IMG/VR virus record: IMGVR_UViG_3300024518_000036
Length of the DNA stretch: 25,746 nucleotides
Strand: one strand, 5' to 3'
From: an uncultured virus (IMG/VR IMGVR_UViG_3300024518_000036)
Lineage: Duplodnaviria; Heunggongvirae; Uroviricota; Caudoviricetes
The notes under the pieces are model-generated. The model saw only the letters and a list, made by a program, of their open reading frames with translations, was not told the origin of the DNA and did no database searches. Of the stretch, positions 8,667 through 17,748 are shown one piece after another. The translations under genes were made by a program, and so were the position numbers. Numbering within the stretch: the first letter of the stretch is position 1; the number at the start of each line of letters is the position of its first letter.

Positions 8667-8727
8667 CCCTCGGGGGCCCGGTTACCTCCCTTGAGCACAC
8701 AGGACAATCAAGCAGCGAGGGAGTCGC

Positions 8728-9648
8728 GTGGACACCAAAGATTTGGCCTCTTCCGGTGAGCCGGTCGTGGTCTGTACATATGGCCCGTCGGGAATAGGAA
8801 AGACGACCGACATGGGCTACAGCTTTCCGAAAGCCCTTTTCTTGGCAGCTCCGGGAGCACTGAACAGCGTGAAGTCCGTTTGTGGCTACATGCCTGAGCG
8901 TGCTTTCGTTGCAACCATTGAGCAGGCCACTGATGTCATCGAAGCCCTCGGGGCGGAGAAGACCTTCGATACAGTTGTGATAGACGACTTCTCGTTCATG
9001 GCTGAACAGACCTTCTCCGAGTTGGAAGCCAGCAAGAAGTACACGGGATTCAAGCTGTGGGGAAGGATGCGAGACATCGCGCTGGCCTTTCGGGACAAAT
9101 CTCGCTACTCCGGCGTCAACGTCATCTTGAACTGCTGGGAACAATCCCCCAAGAAAAGGAAGGATGGGCAGGCCGTGCGAGGCGGTCCTCAGCTCTCCGG
9201 CAAGCTTCCTGAGAGCATCCCGGCGCTGTGTGACCTGGTGCTTCGAGCTACTTACGAGCAGCGCCGCAAGCCTTGGCCCGCTGTGTACCGATGCGCCCCT
9301 GACCCCAGCTACGTGATGAAGGATCGGTTCAACATTGCCACCTTATGTGACCCTGCTCCAATGAACCTTGCCGAGCTTCTCCGTGCTAGTGGGCTGATTA
9401 TTCCACGTCTCGTAGAAGGGCAGGAAGAGCAAGTCCAAATCATTTCCAAGGAACTTTCTGGCAAGCCAAAGGATGACGCGACCCAGGTGAACGAGGTATA
9501 TGCCTCGCTCATCAAGTCCGGTGTCTCTCCAGAAGTAGCCCGCTGGACCTTGCGCGATGCCGTCGACCGTGCCGTCATCCGCTCAGAGCTTGGCGCTCAC
9601 GCGCTTACCTTCTTCGACGAGTCTTCGTCGAAAACCCTGCTGGGATAA
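8728..9648 (+). CDS. AAA-family P-loop ATPase, Sak4-like phage recombinase
   Basis: GTG start after GGGAG. Walker A YGPSGIGKTT, Walker B TVVIDD, late KDR motif. Lies between an exonuclease and an SSB-like gene. Confidence 0.8.
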   Translation: MDTKDLASSGEPVVVCTYGPSGIGKTTDMGYSFPKALFLAAPGALNSVKSVCGYMPERAFVATIEQATDVIEALGAEKTFDTVVIDDFSFMAEQTFSELEASKKYTGFKLWGRMRDIALAFRDKSRYSGVNVILNCWEQSPKKRKDGQAVRGGPQLSGKLPESIPALCDLVLRATYEQRRKPWPAVYRCAPDPSYVMKDRFNIATLCDPAPMNLAELLRASGLIIPRLVEGQEEQVQIISKELSGKPKDDATQVNEVYASLIKSGVSPEVARWTLRDAVDRAVIRSELGAHALTFFDESSSKTLLG

Positions 9649-9697
9649 AACCTGGCCGCCCCAACAACCACCGAAGCAACAGCATAGGAGCTTCAAC

Positions 9698-10297
9698 ATG
9701 AGCGAAGAAATCAACGTCAACCGCGACTGGAACGTCAAGGTCAACCTTTCCGGTCTGAACGCCCCCACCGGCGCGAAGAAGGTCCCGGTGGAAGTGCCCG
9801 AAGGCTTCTACACGGCCAAGGTCACTGACATGTACGTCAACCCCGACCACAAACCCAATCGCGTCATCCTGAAGATGACCATCAGTGAGGGCGCGTTCAA
9901 GGGCGTGGTTCGTACTGACGGCCTCAACATCCCCAAGGACGAGAGCGACAACGTCCGCTACTACTGGCGTGGTCTGGCCGAGTCTGCAGGGTACAGCCCT
10001 GCTCAGCTCGACGCTGGCTCCATCGAACTCGGTCGTGACACCTTCATCGACCGTGACGTGCACATCCACTTCACGCCCAAGGACAAGACGACGTCTGGTT
10101 ACGAGCAGATTGACTACCTGGCCCCTTCGGAGTGGAATCAGCAGCGTCAGGTCTTCGAGGCGTCCAACCGCACCGAAGGCGCTCCGAACGGTCCTTCCGG
10201 CTCGGCGCTTGGTGCAACTGGCGGCGGCAGCGAAGGCACCACCAAGAAGAGCGATGTCTTGACGAAGCTCGGTCTCGGTGGTCAGGCCAACGCATAG
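9698..10297 (+). CDS. putative phage ssDNA-binding protein (DUF669-like)
   Basis: AGGAG RBS. VPEGFYTAKVTD motif, beta-rich core and flexible Gly-rich tail. Adjacent to the Sak4-like gene. Confidence 0.6.
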   Translation: MSEEINVNRDWNVKVNLSGLNAPTGAKKVPVEVPEGFYTAKVTDMYVNPDHKPNRVILKMTISEGAFKGVVRTDGLNIPKDESDNVRYYWRGLAESAGYSPAQLDAGSIELGRDTFIDRDVHIHFTPKDKTTSGYEQIDYLAPSEWNQQRQVFEASNRTEGAPNGPSGSALGATGGGSEGTTKKSDVLTKLGLGGQANA

Positions 10298-10383
10298 GTT
10301 CTCCGGGCAGGCTCCGGGCGCCAGCTCGGATAGGAAGGTCAGAAAGCTGGGTTCCTGACTGAAACTGCCCATCCTCCCCGATG

Positions 10384-10420
10384 GCCCTCGACGCCCCGGC
10401 AGCGTCGGGGGCTTCCTCAT
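10384..10420 (+). terminator. possible intrinsic terminator
   Basis: 11-bp stem GCCCTCGACGC/GCGTCGGGGGC (one G-U pair), 7-nt loop, weak tail TTCCTCATTT. Confidence 0.4.
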
Positions 10421-10434
10421 TTGGAGACCAGAAG

Positions 10435-10788
10435 ATGATTATTGGTACACCCAAGAGTCTGGAAGAGTTTCGTGTCTTTTCACGCCCCGAGGTTGACGAG
10501 CTGATCAACGGTGCTGAGGCGTTGGCCACCAGCGGCGCTCCCTTAGAACTCCCTGCGACGGTGATGACCGTTACGCAGGTGTCTCGCATCGCATTGACTG
10601 TGAAGCACTACCGCCAAGTAGTGCAGAATCTCGTCGAGTCCGTTGACGACGCCCTGGACGAAGACGTCATGCTGTTGCCAGCCCGGGTTATGAATGTGGT
10701 CGCGGAAGCCGAGGCTCTTCTCAATATCGAACCACCCAAAGAGCAGAAGGTTGTCGTTCCAAAGGGACGCATTGTTCTGCCAAAATAG
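10435..10788 (+). CDS. hypothetical protein
   Basis: GGAG RBS before ATG 10435; 117 aa. Confidence 0.7.
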   Translation: MIIGTPKSLEEFRVFSRPEVDELINGAEALATSGAPLELPATVMTVTQVSRIALTVKHYRQVVQNLVESVDDALDEDVMLLPARVMNVVAEAEALLNIEPPKEQKVVVPKGRIVLPK

Positions 10789-10797
10789 GAGTCCATC

Positions 10798-11091
10798 ATG
10801 GGCAGAGCTGAAGTCCCCGAAGTCCCCGAAGTCGAAGTCCCCGAAGTCGAAGTCCCCGAAGTCATAGAGGCGGAGGACTCCGACGAGGTGGATCTCGTTG
10901 AGGCGGTGCTTTTTCACGGAAAGCGAATCGAGAGCATGGACCGCACCCTGTTCTTCGGTCTCCGAGGTCTGGTGATGCTTCTTGACCACGTGGAGACCGT
11001 AGTGAACCCCCTCACCCAGCCCGAGGAGAAGGCAGCTGCCTTGCAGCAGCTCCAGGAGACGATCGCTGGAATGAAGGAATCGTTGAAGTGA
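10798..11091 (+). CDS. hypothetical protein with N-terminal EVP repeats
   Basis: AGGAG RBS; 97 aa. Confidence 0.7.
   Translation: MGRAEVPEVPEVEVPEVEVPEVIEAEDSDEVDLVEAVLFHGKRIESMDRTLFFGLRGLVMLLDHVETVVNPLTQPEEKAAALQQLQETIAGMKESLK
10810..10863 (+). repeat. tandem repeat GAAGTC(CCC) x7
   Basis: Units of 9 and 6 nt, all in frame, encoding EVPEVPEVEVPEVEVPEV. Confidence 0.9.
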
Positions 11092-11095
11092 AGCT

Positions 11096-13840
11096 GTGAG
11101 CTACGACCCTCGGGCTCACGGAGCGAAATGTGACCAGTGTCCGCTGAAGGGCAACACTGTCGTGCCTCCGGAGTCCGGTCCTCACGACCTGGAAATCCTT
11201 GCTGGGAAGGCAGTCGCTGTTGTCGGAGAAGCGCCAGGAGAGCAGGAAGAGCGGCAGGGGCGTCCCTTCGTTGGGCCTTCCGGTGACGAACTGAACAAGG
11301 CGCTTGTCAAGGCTTCTCTACGACGTCGTAACATTCACGTCACGAACGTGCTCCTCTGCCGTCCTCCGGGGAACAAGCTCAAGGACCTGCTGACGCGGAT
11401 CAACAAGTACAACAAGGCGCAGGAGAAACTTCACAGGGAGAAGGTGAAGGAGGCCGGGAAAGCTGGAGAACCTCCACCCACGGGCAAGCCTGACTTCATC
11501 CCGTCGCCCATCGACTGCTGTGCTCCCCGCTTCCAGTCGGAGATCGAGAACTTCAAGAACTTCATTACTCTCGGCAAGACAGCGACCAACGCGGTTTCTG
11601 GCGTCACTGCGAGCATCCTGTCGGTTCGGGGCGGGCTGATGGAGTTGGATGCTACGGAGCGGACTCCAGAGCGGAAGGTCATGCCGACCATCCACCCGGC
11701 CTTCTGCCTTCGTATGCCCCGGTGGTTCCACGTCTTTCGCAACGACGTCTTTAAGGCAGCCCGATGGTTCCGCGGCGAGGCGAAGTGGGTGCCTCCCAAA
11801 GTCACGTACAACCCAGACGCTGGGACTCTGAGCAAGTTCCTTTCTCGGGACACCATCTTCACCTTCGACATCGAGACCGACGGGATTGAGTGCTTGACGG
11901 CGAAGATTCGCTGTCTTGCCATCGGAGACGAAAACGACGTGATGGTGATGGGCTTTCTCGGGAAGAACGGACTTACCAAGTTCTACAGCCCGCTGGAAGA
12001 GATCCCGGTGAAGACAGTCCTCTTCGACTTCTTCGAGGACGAGTCCAAGGTCAAGGCGGGCCACAACGCCGGTTACTACGACAAGATCGTGCTCCAGCAG
12101 CAGTGGGGCATCGACCCGAAGCCAATTGTCGATACCATCCTCTTGCACAGGTGTGTCGAGTCTGAGCTACCGCACGGCCTGGCCTACGTGGGCTCGATGT
12201 ACACCGAAGCGCCTGCTTGGAAAACGGATAGAGAAGGGCAAAAGCTCGCTTTCGACTCCGAATCGGACGAGCAACTTCACGAGTACTGTGCCAATGACGT
12301 GGCTGTAACGGCTCGCGTAATGCCGCCCCTCGTGGACCAGGTGAAGCTTCGCAATCAGGTTGGCGTCTGGCAGCTAGATCAGCGAATCCAGTCGGTTTGT
12401 GCTGATATGCACACGGTCGGGATGTTCGTGAATCAGGGTGCTCGGCTGGAGAAAGAAAAGGAGCTGCTGGGCCGTCGGTTCGAGCTGCTCGCAGATATTC
12501 GGGACCGGCTTGCTCGTCCTCAGTTCAACCCGGGCTCGGTCTATCAGGTGCGGGATGTGCTCTTCGCGGACTGGCAGCTTCAGCCGCCTCTGGAAGATGA
12601 GGACCGCTACACGGCCTCGGGAGATCCATCTACCGCTGACCTTGTGCTTCGGTCTTTACTGACCGACCGGTCAGTTCCTGCTGAGCAGCGCGATGTCATC
12701 AAGCTCTTTCGATACTACAGGAAGGTCCAGAAGGTTCTTGGCACCTATGTCGTGAAGCTACGTCCGTGGAACATGGAAGCCGACCTTGGTTGGGACGATG
12801 ATGACGACTGGGTGGATCGGGAAACCCGCGAGCGGTACGGCGAGGTCAAGAGGGGCATCGTGGACCCGCGAACCGGCCGGATGCATCCTGGCTACAACGC
12901 CCACGTTGCCGTGACGGGCCGGCTGTCCAGCTCTAAGCCCATCAACGCTCAGAACTTCCCGAAGCTGATGAGAGGCATGGTTGTTGCTGCTCCAGGCCAC
13001 GTCCTCGTCGGCGCGGACATGGACCAGCTTGAGCTGCGAATTGCAGCAGCCCGCTGGTACGTCAAGCTCTATCTACGTGCTTTTGAAGAGGGCAAGGATC
13101 CTCATTCAATGACAGCCTACTCCGTCTTCGGAGACCGATTCCTCGCGGCTGCCGGTCTTACCTCCGAACAGTTCTCTCGGCCCGGTCCGCTTGTGGGGAC
13201 TTCCTACGTGAACGGGAAGTTCGAGGGCACAGGAGAGGACAAGAAGATGCGAGACCTCTCGAAAGCGGTTCAGTACGCTTCCCAGTACAAGGCCACAGTG
13301 GAGACAGTGCACAAGCTCATTTGCAAGACCGAGGTTCCGGCTCGGGATGCGAACGGTGACAGAGTAGCTGACGGCACGACAGATCTTCCCTACGCCCTCC
13401 TCCCGCTGCGCAAGGTGCGCAAGATGCGTGATAACTGGCTGAAAGGAGCGCCGGAGTTCGAGGCCGGTTGGGACACCGAGATTGCGGCTTTCCGCGATCG
13501 AGGGTTCATCGAAGAGCCGGTTACGGGCCGTCGCCGGGACTTCCTAGATGGCGAGAACCCCAACGAAATCGTGAACTTCCCGATTCAAGCTTCGGCTGCT
13601 GGGCTAATGAACCGAGCCATCCTACAGCTTGCTGAAGAGATCCCCCTGAACAAGTGGGGTCCAGGCACCGGCATCATCAACCAGTGCCACGATTCCATCG
13701 TCGTTGAGTGCCCTGAAGACCAAGCCTCCTACGTGGCTGGGCTTCTAGAAGAGTGCATGAACCAGACGCACCCCGATCTGCCCGGAGTCACTTTTACGGC
13801 TTCAGCAACCACCGGCCATACTTGGCAGCAAGTCGGCTAA
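11096..13840 (+). CDS. polA: family A DNA polymerase with N-terminal family-4 uracil-DNA glycosylase-like domain and 3'-5' exonuclease (SPO1-type architecture)
   Basis: UDG: CDQCPL, GEAPG..E..GRPFVGPSG, TNVLLCRPP, HPA. Exonuclease: FDIET, HNAGYYD, YCAND. Polymerase: TGRLSS, ADMDQLELR, K..QY...Y, NFPIQ, HD. Confidence 0.93.
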   Translation: MSYDPRAHGAKCDQCPLKGNTVVPPESGPHDLEILAGKAVAVVGEAPGEQEERQGRPFVGPSGDELNKALVKASLRRRNIHVTNVLLCRPPGNKLKDLLTRINKYNKAQEKLHREKVKEAGKAGEPPPTGKPDFIPSPIDCCAPRFQSEIENFKNFITLGKTATNAVSGVTASILSVRGGLMELDATERTPERKVMPTIHPAFCLRMPRWFHVFRNDVFKAARWFRGEAKWVPPKVTYNPDAGTLSKFLSRDTIFTFDIETDGIECLTAKIRCLAIGDENDVMVMGFLGKNGLTKFYSPLEEIPVKTVLFDFFEDESKVKAGHNAGYYDKIVLQQQWGIDPKPIVDTILLHRCVESELPHGLAYVGSMYTEAPAWKTDREGQKLAFDSESDEQLHEYCANDVAVTARVMPPLVDQVKLRNQVGVWQLDQRIQSVCADMHTVGMFVNQGARLEKEKELLGRRFELLADIRDRLARPQFNPGSVYQVRDVLFADWQLQPPLEDEDRYTASGDPSTADLVLRSLLTDRSVPAEQRDVIKLFRYYRKVQKVLGTYVVKLRPWNMEADLGWDDDDDWVDRETRERYGEVKRGIVDPRTGRMHPGYNAHVAVTGRLSSSKPINAQNFPKLMRGMVVAAPGHVLVGADMDQLELRIAAARWYVKLYLRAFEEGKDPHSMTAYSVFGDRFLAAAGLTSEQFSRPGPLVGTSYVNGKFEGTGEDKKMRDLSKAVQYASQYKATVETVHKLICKTEVPARDANGDRVADGTTDLPYALLPLRKVRKMRDNWLKGAPEFEAGWDTEIAAFRDRGFIEEPVTGRRRDFLDGENPNEIVNFPIQASAAGLMNRAILQLAEEIPLNKWGPGTGIINQCHDSIVVECPEDQASYVAGLLEECMNQTHPDLPGVTFTASATTGHTWQQVG

Positions 13841-13863
13841 AATCCAATAGCACAGGGAAAAAC

Positions 13864-14160
13864 ATGGAAAAGAGAAAAGTGGACAATCTACTCAACGAGG
13901 CCAAGGACGCAGACCCAGTCGAGCTGCGCGAGATTGTGGCTGAGATGGCAGGGATGGCTTTGAAGAACACTACGTCAACAGAGAAAGAAAAGGAGCTGGC
14001 GGATGCCATCCTTGCCTTTGCCGAATGGCAATTTGGGGGCTACGAGGGAAGAGAACCAACGACGCACAGGGTAGTGGGTCGACAGCTCTGGTACGAGGTG
14101 AGTGAACGTGTCTCCGAAATCACAGGCTCAACCCCCAAAGCTCCTTCTTTTGGTGCCTAG
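13864..14160 (+). CDS. hypothetical protein
   Basis: 98-aa helical ORF following the polymerase; start chosen after AGGG. Confidence 0.6.
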   Translation: MEKRKVDNLLNEAKDADPVELREIVAEMAGMALKNTTSTEKEKELADAILAFAEWQFGGYEGREPTTHRVVGRQLWYEVSERVSEITGSTPKAPSFGA

Positions 14161-14572
14161 GAGCATGAACTCTATAGAGGTCGAAGAGGTGAGCAAAGGG
14201 GTCAAATCCAAACTCACCTCTTCGCTCGGGCTGACCGACGCGGGTCTCACAGACAGCGCGGCTTGGTATCGCGAGATGTTCGAGTCTTGTGGGAACTGGG
14301 ACTCGTGGATCTGGGAGACCGTCACGGGCCGGGACTACGAGACGCGAGAGCCTCACTTCGACGGGTTTGTTGTCTGTGGGGATCGGCTGGGACGAGCCAG
14401 CGCCTCCATCGTCAACCTCGCTTTACGGAACGGCCGAGCGGTCTTGGCTTGGGAGGAGTCGTTGCCTCTCAGATCCGTGCAGGAGGTTGTGCCTATCGAC
14501 CGAGAAGACATGACCTACGGCTGGGGCCTGGGGGCCACGACGGATATCAAAGGGGATGTGAGCCATGAGTAA
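14102..14572 (+). CDS. hypothetical protein, possibly flavodoxin/NDT-like fold (alternative start 14165)
   Basis: Pattern FDGFVV...GRASASIVNLALRNGRAVLAW. End overlaps the next gene. The fold assignment is weak. Confidence 0.55.
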   Translation: MNVSPKSQAQPPKLLLLVPRSMNSIEVEEVSKGVKSKLTSSLGLTDAGLTDSAAWYREMFESCGNWDSWIWETVTGRDYETREPHFDGFVVCGDRLGRASASIVNLALRNGRAVLAWEESLPLRSVQEVVPIDREDMTYGWGLGATTDIKGDVSHE

Positions 14573-14771
14573 TGAAACGGAAACCTCAGTTCGAGACCTT
14601 GTGCTTCGTTTGATGGACGAGGCTGGTCTTTCCCCTCAAGAAATCAGCTCTGCTATGGAGAAGAGGGTGTCGAGCCGCACAATCTACAGGTGGGCTCGCG
14701 GGGAGTCTGCGCCTCAGAACGACATGGACCTCCAAGTTCTGGAGAATCTCGTGGCGGATCGGTGCGCCTGA
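14565..14771 (+). CDS. XRE/Cro-like helix-turn-helix DNA-binding protein
   Basis: GLSPQEIS...VSSRTIYRWARGESAP; 68 aa. Confidence 0.82.
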   Translation: MSNETETSVRDLVLRLMDEAGLSPQEISSAMEKRVSSRTIYRWARGESAPQNDMDLQVLENLVADRCA

Positions 14772-14809
14772 AAGAGACTACACAGGAACAGCAGGAAACA
14801 GGAGAACTG

Positions 14810-16402
14810 ATGCTCTACTTCGAGCATGTTGAAAGCACCTTGAAGAAAGGGTGCAAGGTACAGCTGGGACCGAGGACAGTGATTTGCGGGCCGAACGGCT
14901 CCGGGAAGTCCACCATCGTTCAGTCCCTCGAACTGGCCTCGAACGGGTGGGCTTCCGACATGGAAGGCCGCTCTCGCGTGAAGCAGCACACGGCATTGGC
15001 TCGCCTCTTCCCGCCGAGCGGGGCGAAGAGCGTCGAGGCCATCCTGTCGGACGGGACTGTCTTCAGTTGGTCGATGGAGAGCGGTACGAAGCCCGGTAGC
15101 TTCAAGAAGCCTGATCCAGTGCAGCCTATGACTGTGAGATGGCCGGTTCAGGACTTGATGGACACCCTGCGGGGGGACGCGGGCACAGTCGGCTCGTGGC
15201 TAGAAAAGGAGGTGGTGGGGAGCATCACAGCAGAGGAGCTGTTGGCAGCCTTGCCTCCAGCGGTCCGGCCGCTCGTGTCCGAGTACGTGAAGAAGAAGCG
15301 GAAGACTGACTTCATCGCGTTGTCGAAGGACGCCAAGCAAGAGGCGAAGAACCTCCGTGCTCAAGCCACGCGCAGTGAAGCCACCATCGAGCGCATGACG
15401 GAGGGAGTTGCTCCTCCCATGCTGGACTCCACTCGCGAGAAGCTGGAAGTGCGTTTGGAGGCACTGGCACTATCTGGGGACAACTGGAAGGCAGGGGGAG
15501 TTACTCGGGAAGAGCATGAGGCTGCACGGCGAGAGATCGACAGTCTGGTGAACGAGTACGCAGCGAAGAGCGACGAGCTGGCAGGACTCTCGCCTCTTCC
15601 GGCTGAGGTGAGCAGCGCCCTTGACAGGCTGGTGACAGCAGGGGACCTGATTCGTCAGCACGTCTCTGTCTTCGGCAAGGACGAGTGCTGGGTGTGTGGG
15701 AACGAAGATGAGGCGGCTCTCGACGCCCAAGCCATTCGGCTGACCGAGGCGATGTCTTCCCTGAATCCCCAGTACCAAGAGAGTATCAAGCGACAGCTTC
15801 TCTCCAAGGAGGTCTCGGACCTCGACGAGGTTCTTCAGCAGAAGGCGAAGGAGTTCAAGGAGCTGAAGGTTGTCGAGCCTGTTGATGACAGCGAGTACAG
15901 GTCGGTTTTCCAGACCCTTTCAACGGACGACGCCGCGAAGCGAACCTGGAAAAACGCAGAGGCAGCGAGAAAGGAGTGTGACCAGCTTCGCTCAAGAGCC
16001 GACCTCCTCACCCTGGCAGGAAACGCGTTGGAGAAGGCTGGCAAGCAGTTCTTGTCCCAGCGAAAGCAGACCTTCGAGGACAAGGTGAGTGGCTTCTTGC
16101 CCGAAGGAGAGCGGCTCGGAGTGGACCTCAAGTCTTCCCGTATGGGCCTCATCCGCAACGGGGAGATTCACTCCGCTCTGTCGGGGGCTGAGTGGAGCCG
16201 AATCCTCTTGGCTTTGGCGGCGGCACAGGGTGCCAGCAGCCTTCCCTGCGTCCTCGTTCCCGAGGACCGCGCCTGGGACCGGGATACACTCGGGCGCGTC
16301 ATGCACGCCCTCTCTGACGCCCCCGTCCAGGTCATCATCATGTCGACAGTCTCCCCAGGTCCTGTTGAGGGGTGGACGTGCATCAACCTTGTGGGTTCGT
16401 AG
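14810..16402 (+). CDS. Rad50/SbcC-like (SMC-family) ABC ATPase with short coiled coil and zinc hook
   Basis: AGGAG RBS. Walker A GPNGSGKS, central CWVCG, signature LSGAE, degenerate Walker B VLVPED, QVIIMS. Confidence 0.82.
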   Translation: MLYFEHVESTLKKGCKVQLGPRTVICGPNGSGKSTIVQSLELASNGWASDMEGRSRVKQHTALARLFPPSGAKSVEAILSDGTVFSWSMESGTKPGSFKKPDPVQPMTVRWPVQDLMDTLRGDAGTVGSWLEKEVVGSITAEELLAALPPAVRPLVSEYVKKKRKTDFIALSKDAKQEAKNLRAQATRSEATIERMTEGVAPPMLDSTREKLEVRLEALALSGDNWKAGGVTREEHEAARREIDSLVNEYAAKSDELAGLSPLPAEVSSALDRLVTAGDLIRQHVSVFGKDECWVCGNEDEAALDAQAIRLTEAMSSLNPQYQESIKRQLLSKEVSDLDEVLQQKAKEFKELKVVEPVDDSEYRSVFQTLSTDDAAKRTWKNAEAARKECDQLRSRADLLTLAGNALEKAGKQFLSQRKQTFEDKVSGFLPEGERLGVDLKSSRMGLIRNGEIHSALSGAEWSRILLALAAAQGASSLPCVLVPEDRAWDRDTLGRVMHALSDAPVQVIIMSTVSPGPVEGWTCINLVGS

Positions 16403-16415
16403 CTCCTCCGACCAT

Positions 16416-16428
16416 CGGTAGCACTCGG
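16416..16428 (+). promoter_or_regulatory. conserved upstream motif CGGTAGCACTCGG
   Basis: 12/13 match to the reverse complement of 21721-21733; upstream of gene 16516. Confidence 0.4.
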
Positions 16429-16515
16429 AATCATGTGGGGGGTAAGGCGTGCTTCCCTCTCCGAGATACACTCGGACGCGTGACGAACCTCTGACCGCTT
16501 CCAGCTGAGAGACTC

Positions 16516-17364
16516 ATGGCTGCGCCTATCACCCCCATTTCCCAGCTTCCCTTCCTGAGCTTCACCGTGGCTGGGATCACCACTGCCGCGGTAGTGGAGC
16601 TGGACCCCCAACCGTTCAGCAACACGAAGGAGATCATCCTCCTCAACCTGGGCGCTGCTGCTGCTGACCAGATGTACATTCAGGTGGCCAACGTGGGGGC
16701 TACGCAGGCATCGGGAGACATCATCATCACTGCTGTCCCAAGTGCAGGAGATACCATCGTCATCGGATTGGCAACGCTCACAGTCGTAGCCGGTCCAGCC
16801 GGAGTGGATCAGGTGTCCATAGACACACCACCCTTGACGGGTTCGGCGACCCTCCAGGCGCAGCGAGTTCAGCTTCGTACTTACGAGGCGCTCATCGATC
16901 CGGCCAACACCTTTCTTACCATGAACGTCGACATTTTCCTGGTTGACCCGAGCGACCTATTCAACCCAGGGCTCCCCGTTTATGAAAGCCCCATTCGTAT
17001 CGTTTCCACGCTCGTAGGGACTCTCGGCAATGCGACCGCTCTTTCGGACACCGGAGTAGGATGGGCGACCTTCGAGCCGGCACGACAAACGGCTGCCAGC
17101 CCAGGGAACTTGGCTGGGGGCGTGAACGCCCTTCCTCTTGTCCCCACAGTGACCGCAGCGAACAGCACCGTCCTTCCTGCCGGGGCGGCCCTTACTCTGT
17201 CCGTCGGTTCGGAGGGCAACCGCAACCCCTTGGCAACCCTGGCATTTTGGGCTGCCAACCCGGGCAGCAAGCTGGGCATCGTGGTGGTTATGGCTGCCGG
17301 TGGTGCTGCCTCTGACCTCAACGTCACCTACGTCCAGAATCGTGGCTATCCAGACGGGGTCTGA
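16516..17364 (+). CDS. hypothetical protein, possible virion structural protein
   Basis: Ala/Thr/Val/Gly-rich, beta-type composition. ASGDIIITAVPSAGDTIVIG resembles repeats in phage structural proteins. Function is inferred. Confidence 0.6.
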   Translation: MAAPITPISQLPFLSFTVAGITTAAVVELDPQPFSNTKEIILLNLGAAAADQMYIQVANVGATQASGDIIITAVPSAGDTIVIGLATLTVVAGPAGVDQVSIDTPPLTGSATLQAQRVQLRTYEALIDPANTFLTMNVDIFLVDPSDLFNPGLPVYESPIRIVSTLVGTLGNATALSDTGVGWATFEPARQTAASPGNLAGGVNALPLVPTVTAANSTVLPAGAALTLSVGSEGNRNPLATLAFWAANPGSKLGIVVVMAAGGAASDLNVTYVQNRGYPDGV

Positions 17365-17371
17365 TGCCAGC

Positions 17372-17380
17372 GTAGCACCC
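17372..17380 (+). promoter_or_regulatory. conserved upstream motif GTAGCACCC
   Basis: Intergenic, upstream of 17440; overlaps the inverted repeat ACCCGAAG (17377)/CTTCGGGT (17403). Confidence 0.4.
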
Positions 17381-17439
17381 GAAGATACTTCACCCGCCCC
17401 CGCTTCGGGTAAGTTGGCAAGAGCAACAGGCGGGAAGTC

Positions 17440-17748
17440 ATGGCGGAAAAAGACGGAAAGGAGCTGGAAGCTCTGAAGACGGGCATGGGTCAACTGATGT
17501 CGATCGACAGCTCGGGGTTCAGTTCTCGTCAGTTCATCATGGCCATGTTCATCTTGCTCTCGGGCAAGGGGTTTCTGTTCTACCTCGTCTGGATGGGCTC
17601 TTCGGACTCGGTGCTCATGGCTGCCATTGGGATGGTCTCTGCCGGAGAAACAGCAGCTTCAGGGTTCTGGGCTTACCGGGACACGAAGACAAAAACGAAG
17701 AAGATGGAGGAGGCGCGATTGGCTATGGGAAGCAACGGCAATGGGTAA
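17440..17748 (+). CDS. small membrane protein, holin-like
   Basis: 102 aa with two hydrophobic segments (FIMAMFILLSGKGFLFYLVWM; VLMAAIGMVSAG) and a basic C-terminal tail. Confidence 0.55.
   Translation: MAEKDGKELEALKTGMGQLMSIDSSGFSSRQFIMAMFILLSGKGFLFYLVWMGSSDSVLMAAIGMVSAGETAASGFWAYRDTKTKTKKMEEARLAMGSNGNG

Noticed and set aside
14780..14806. Three CAGGA repeats as CsrA/RsmA sites
   Set aside because: They do not fit ANGGA in hairpin loops, and one is simply the RBS.
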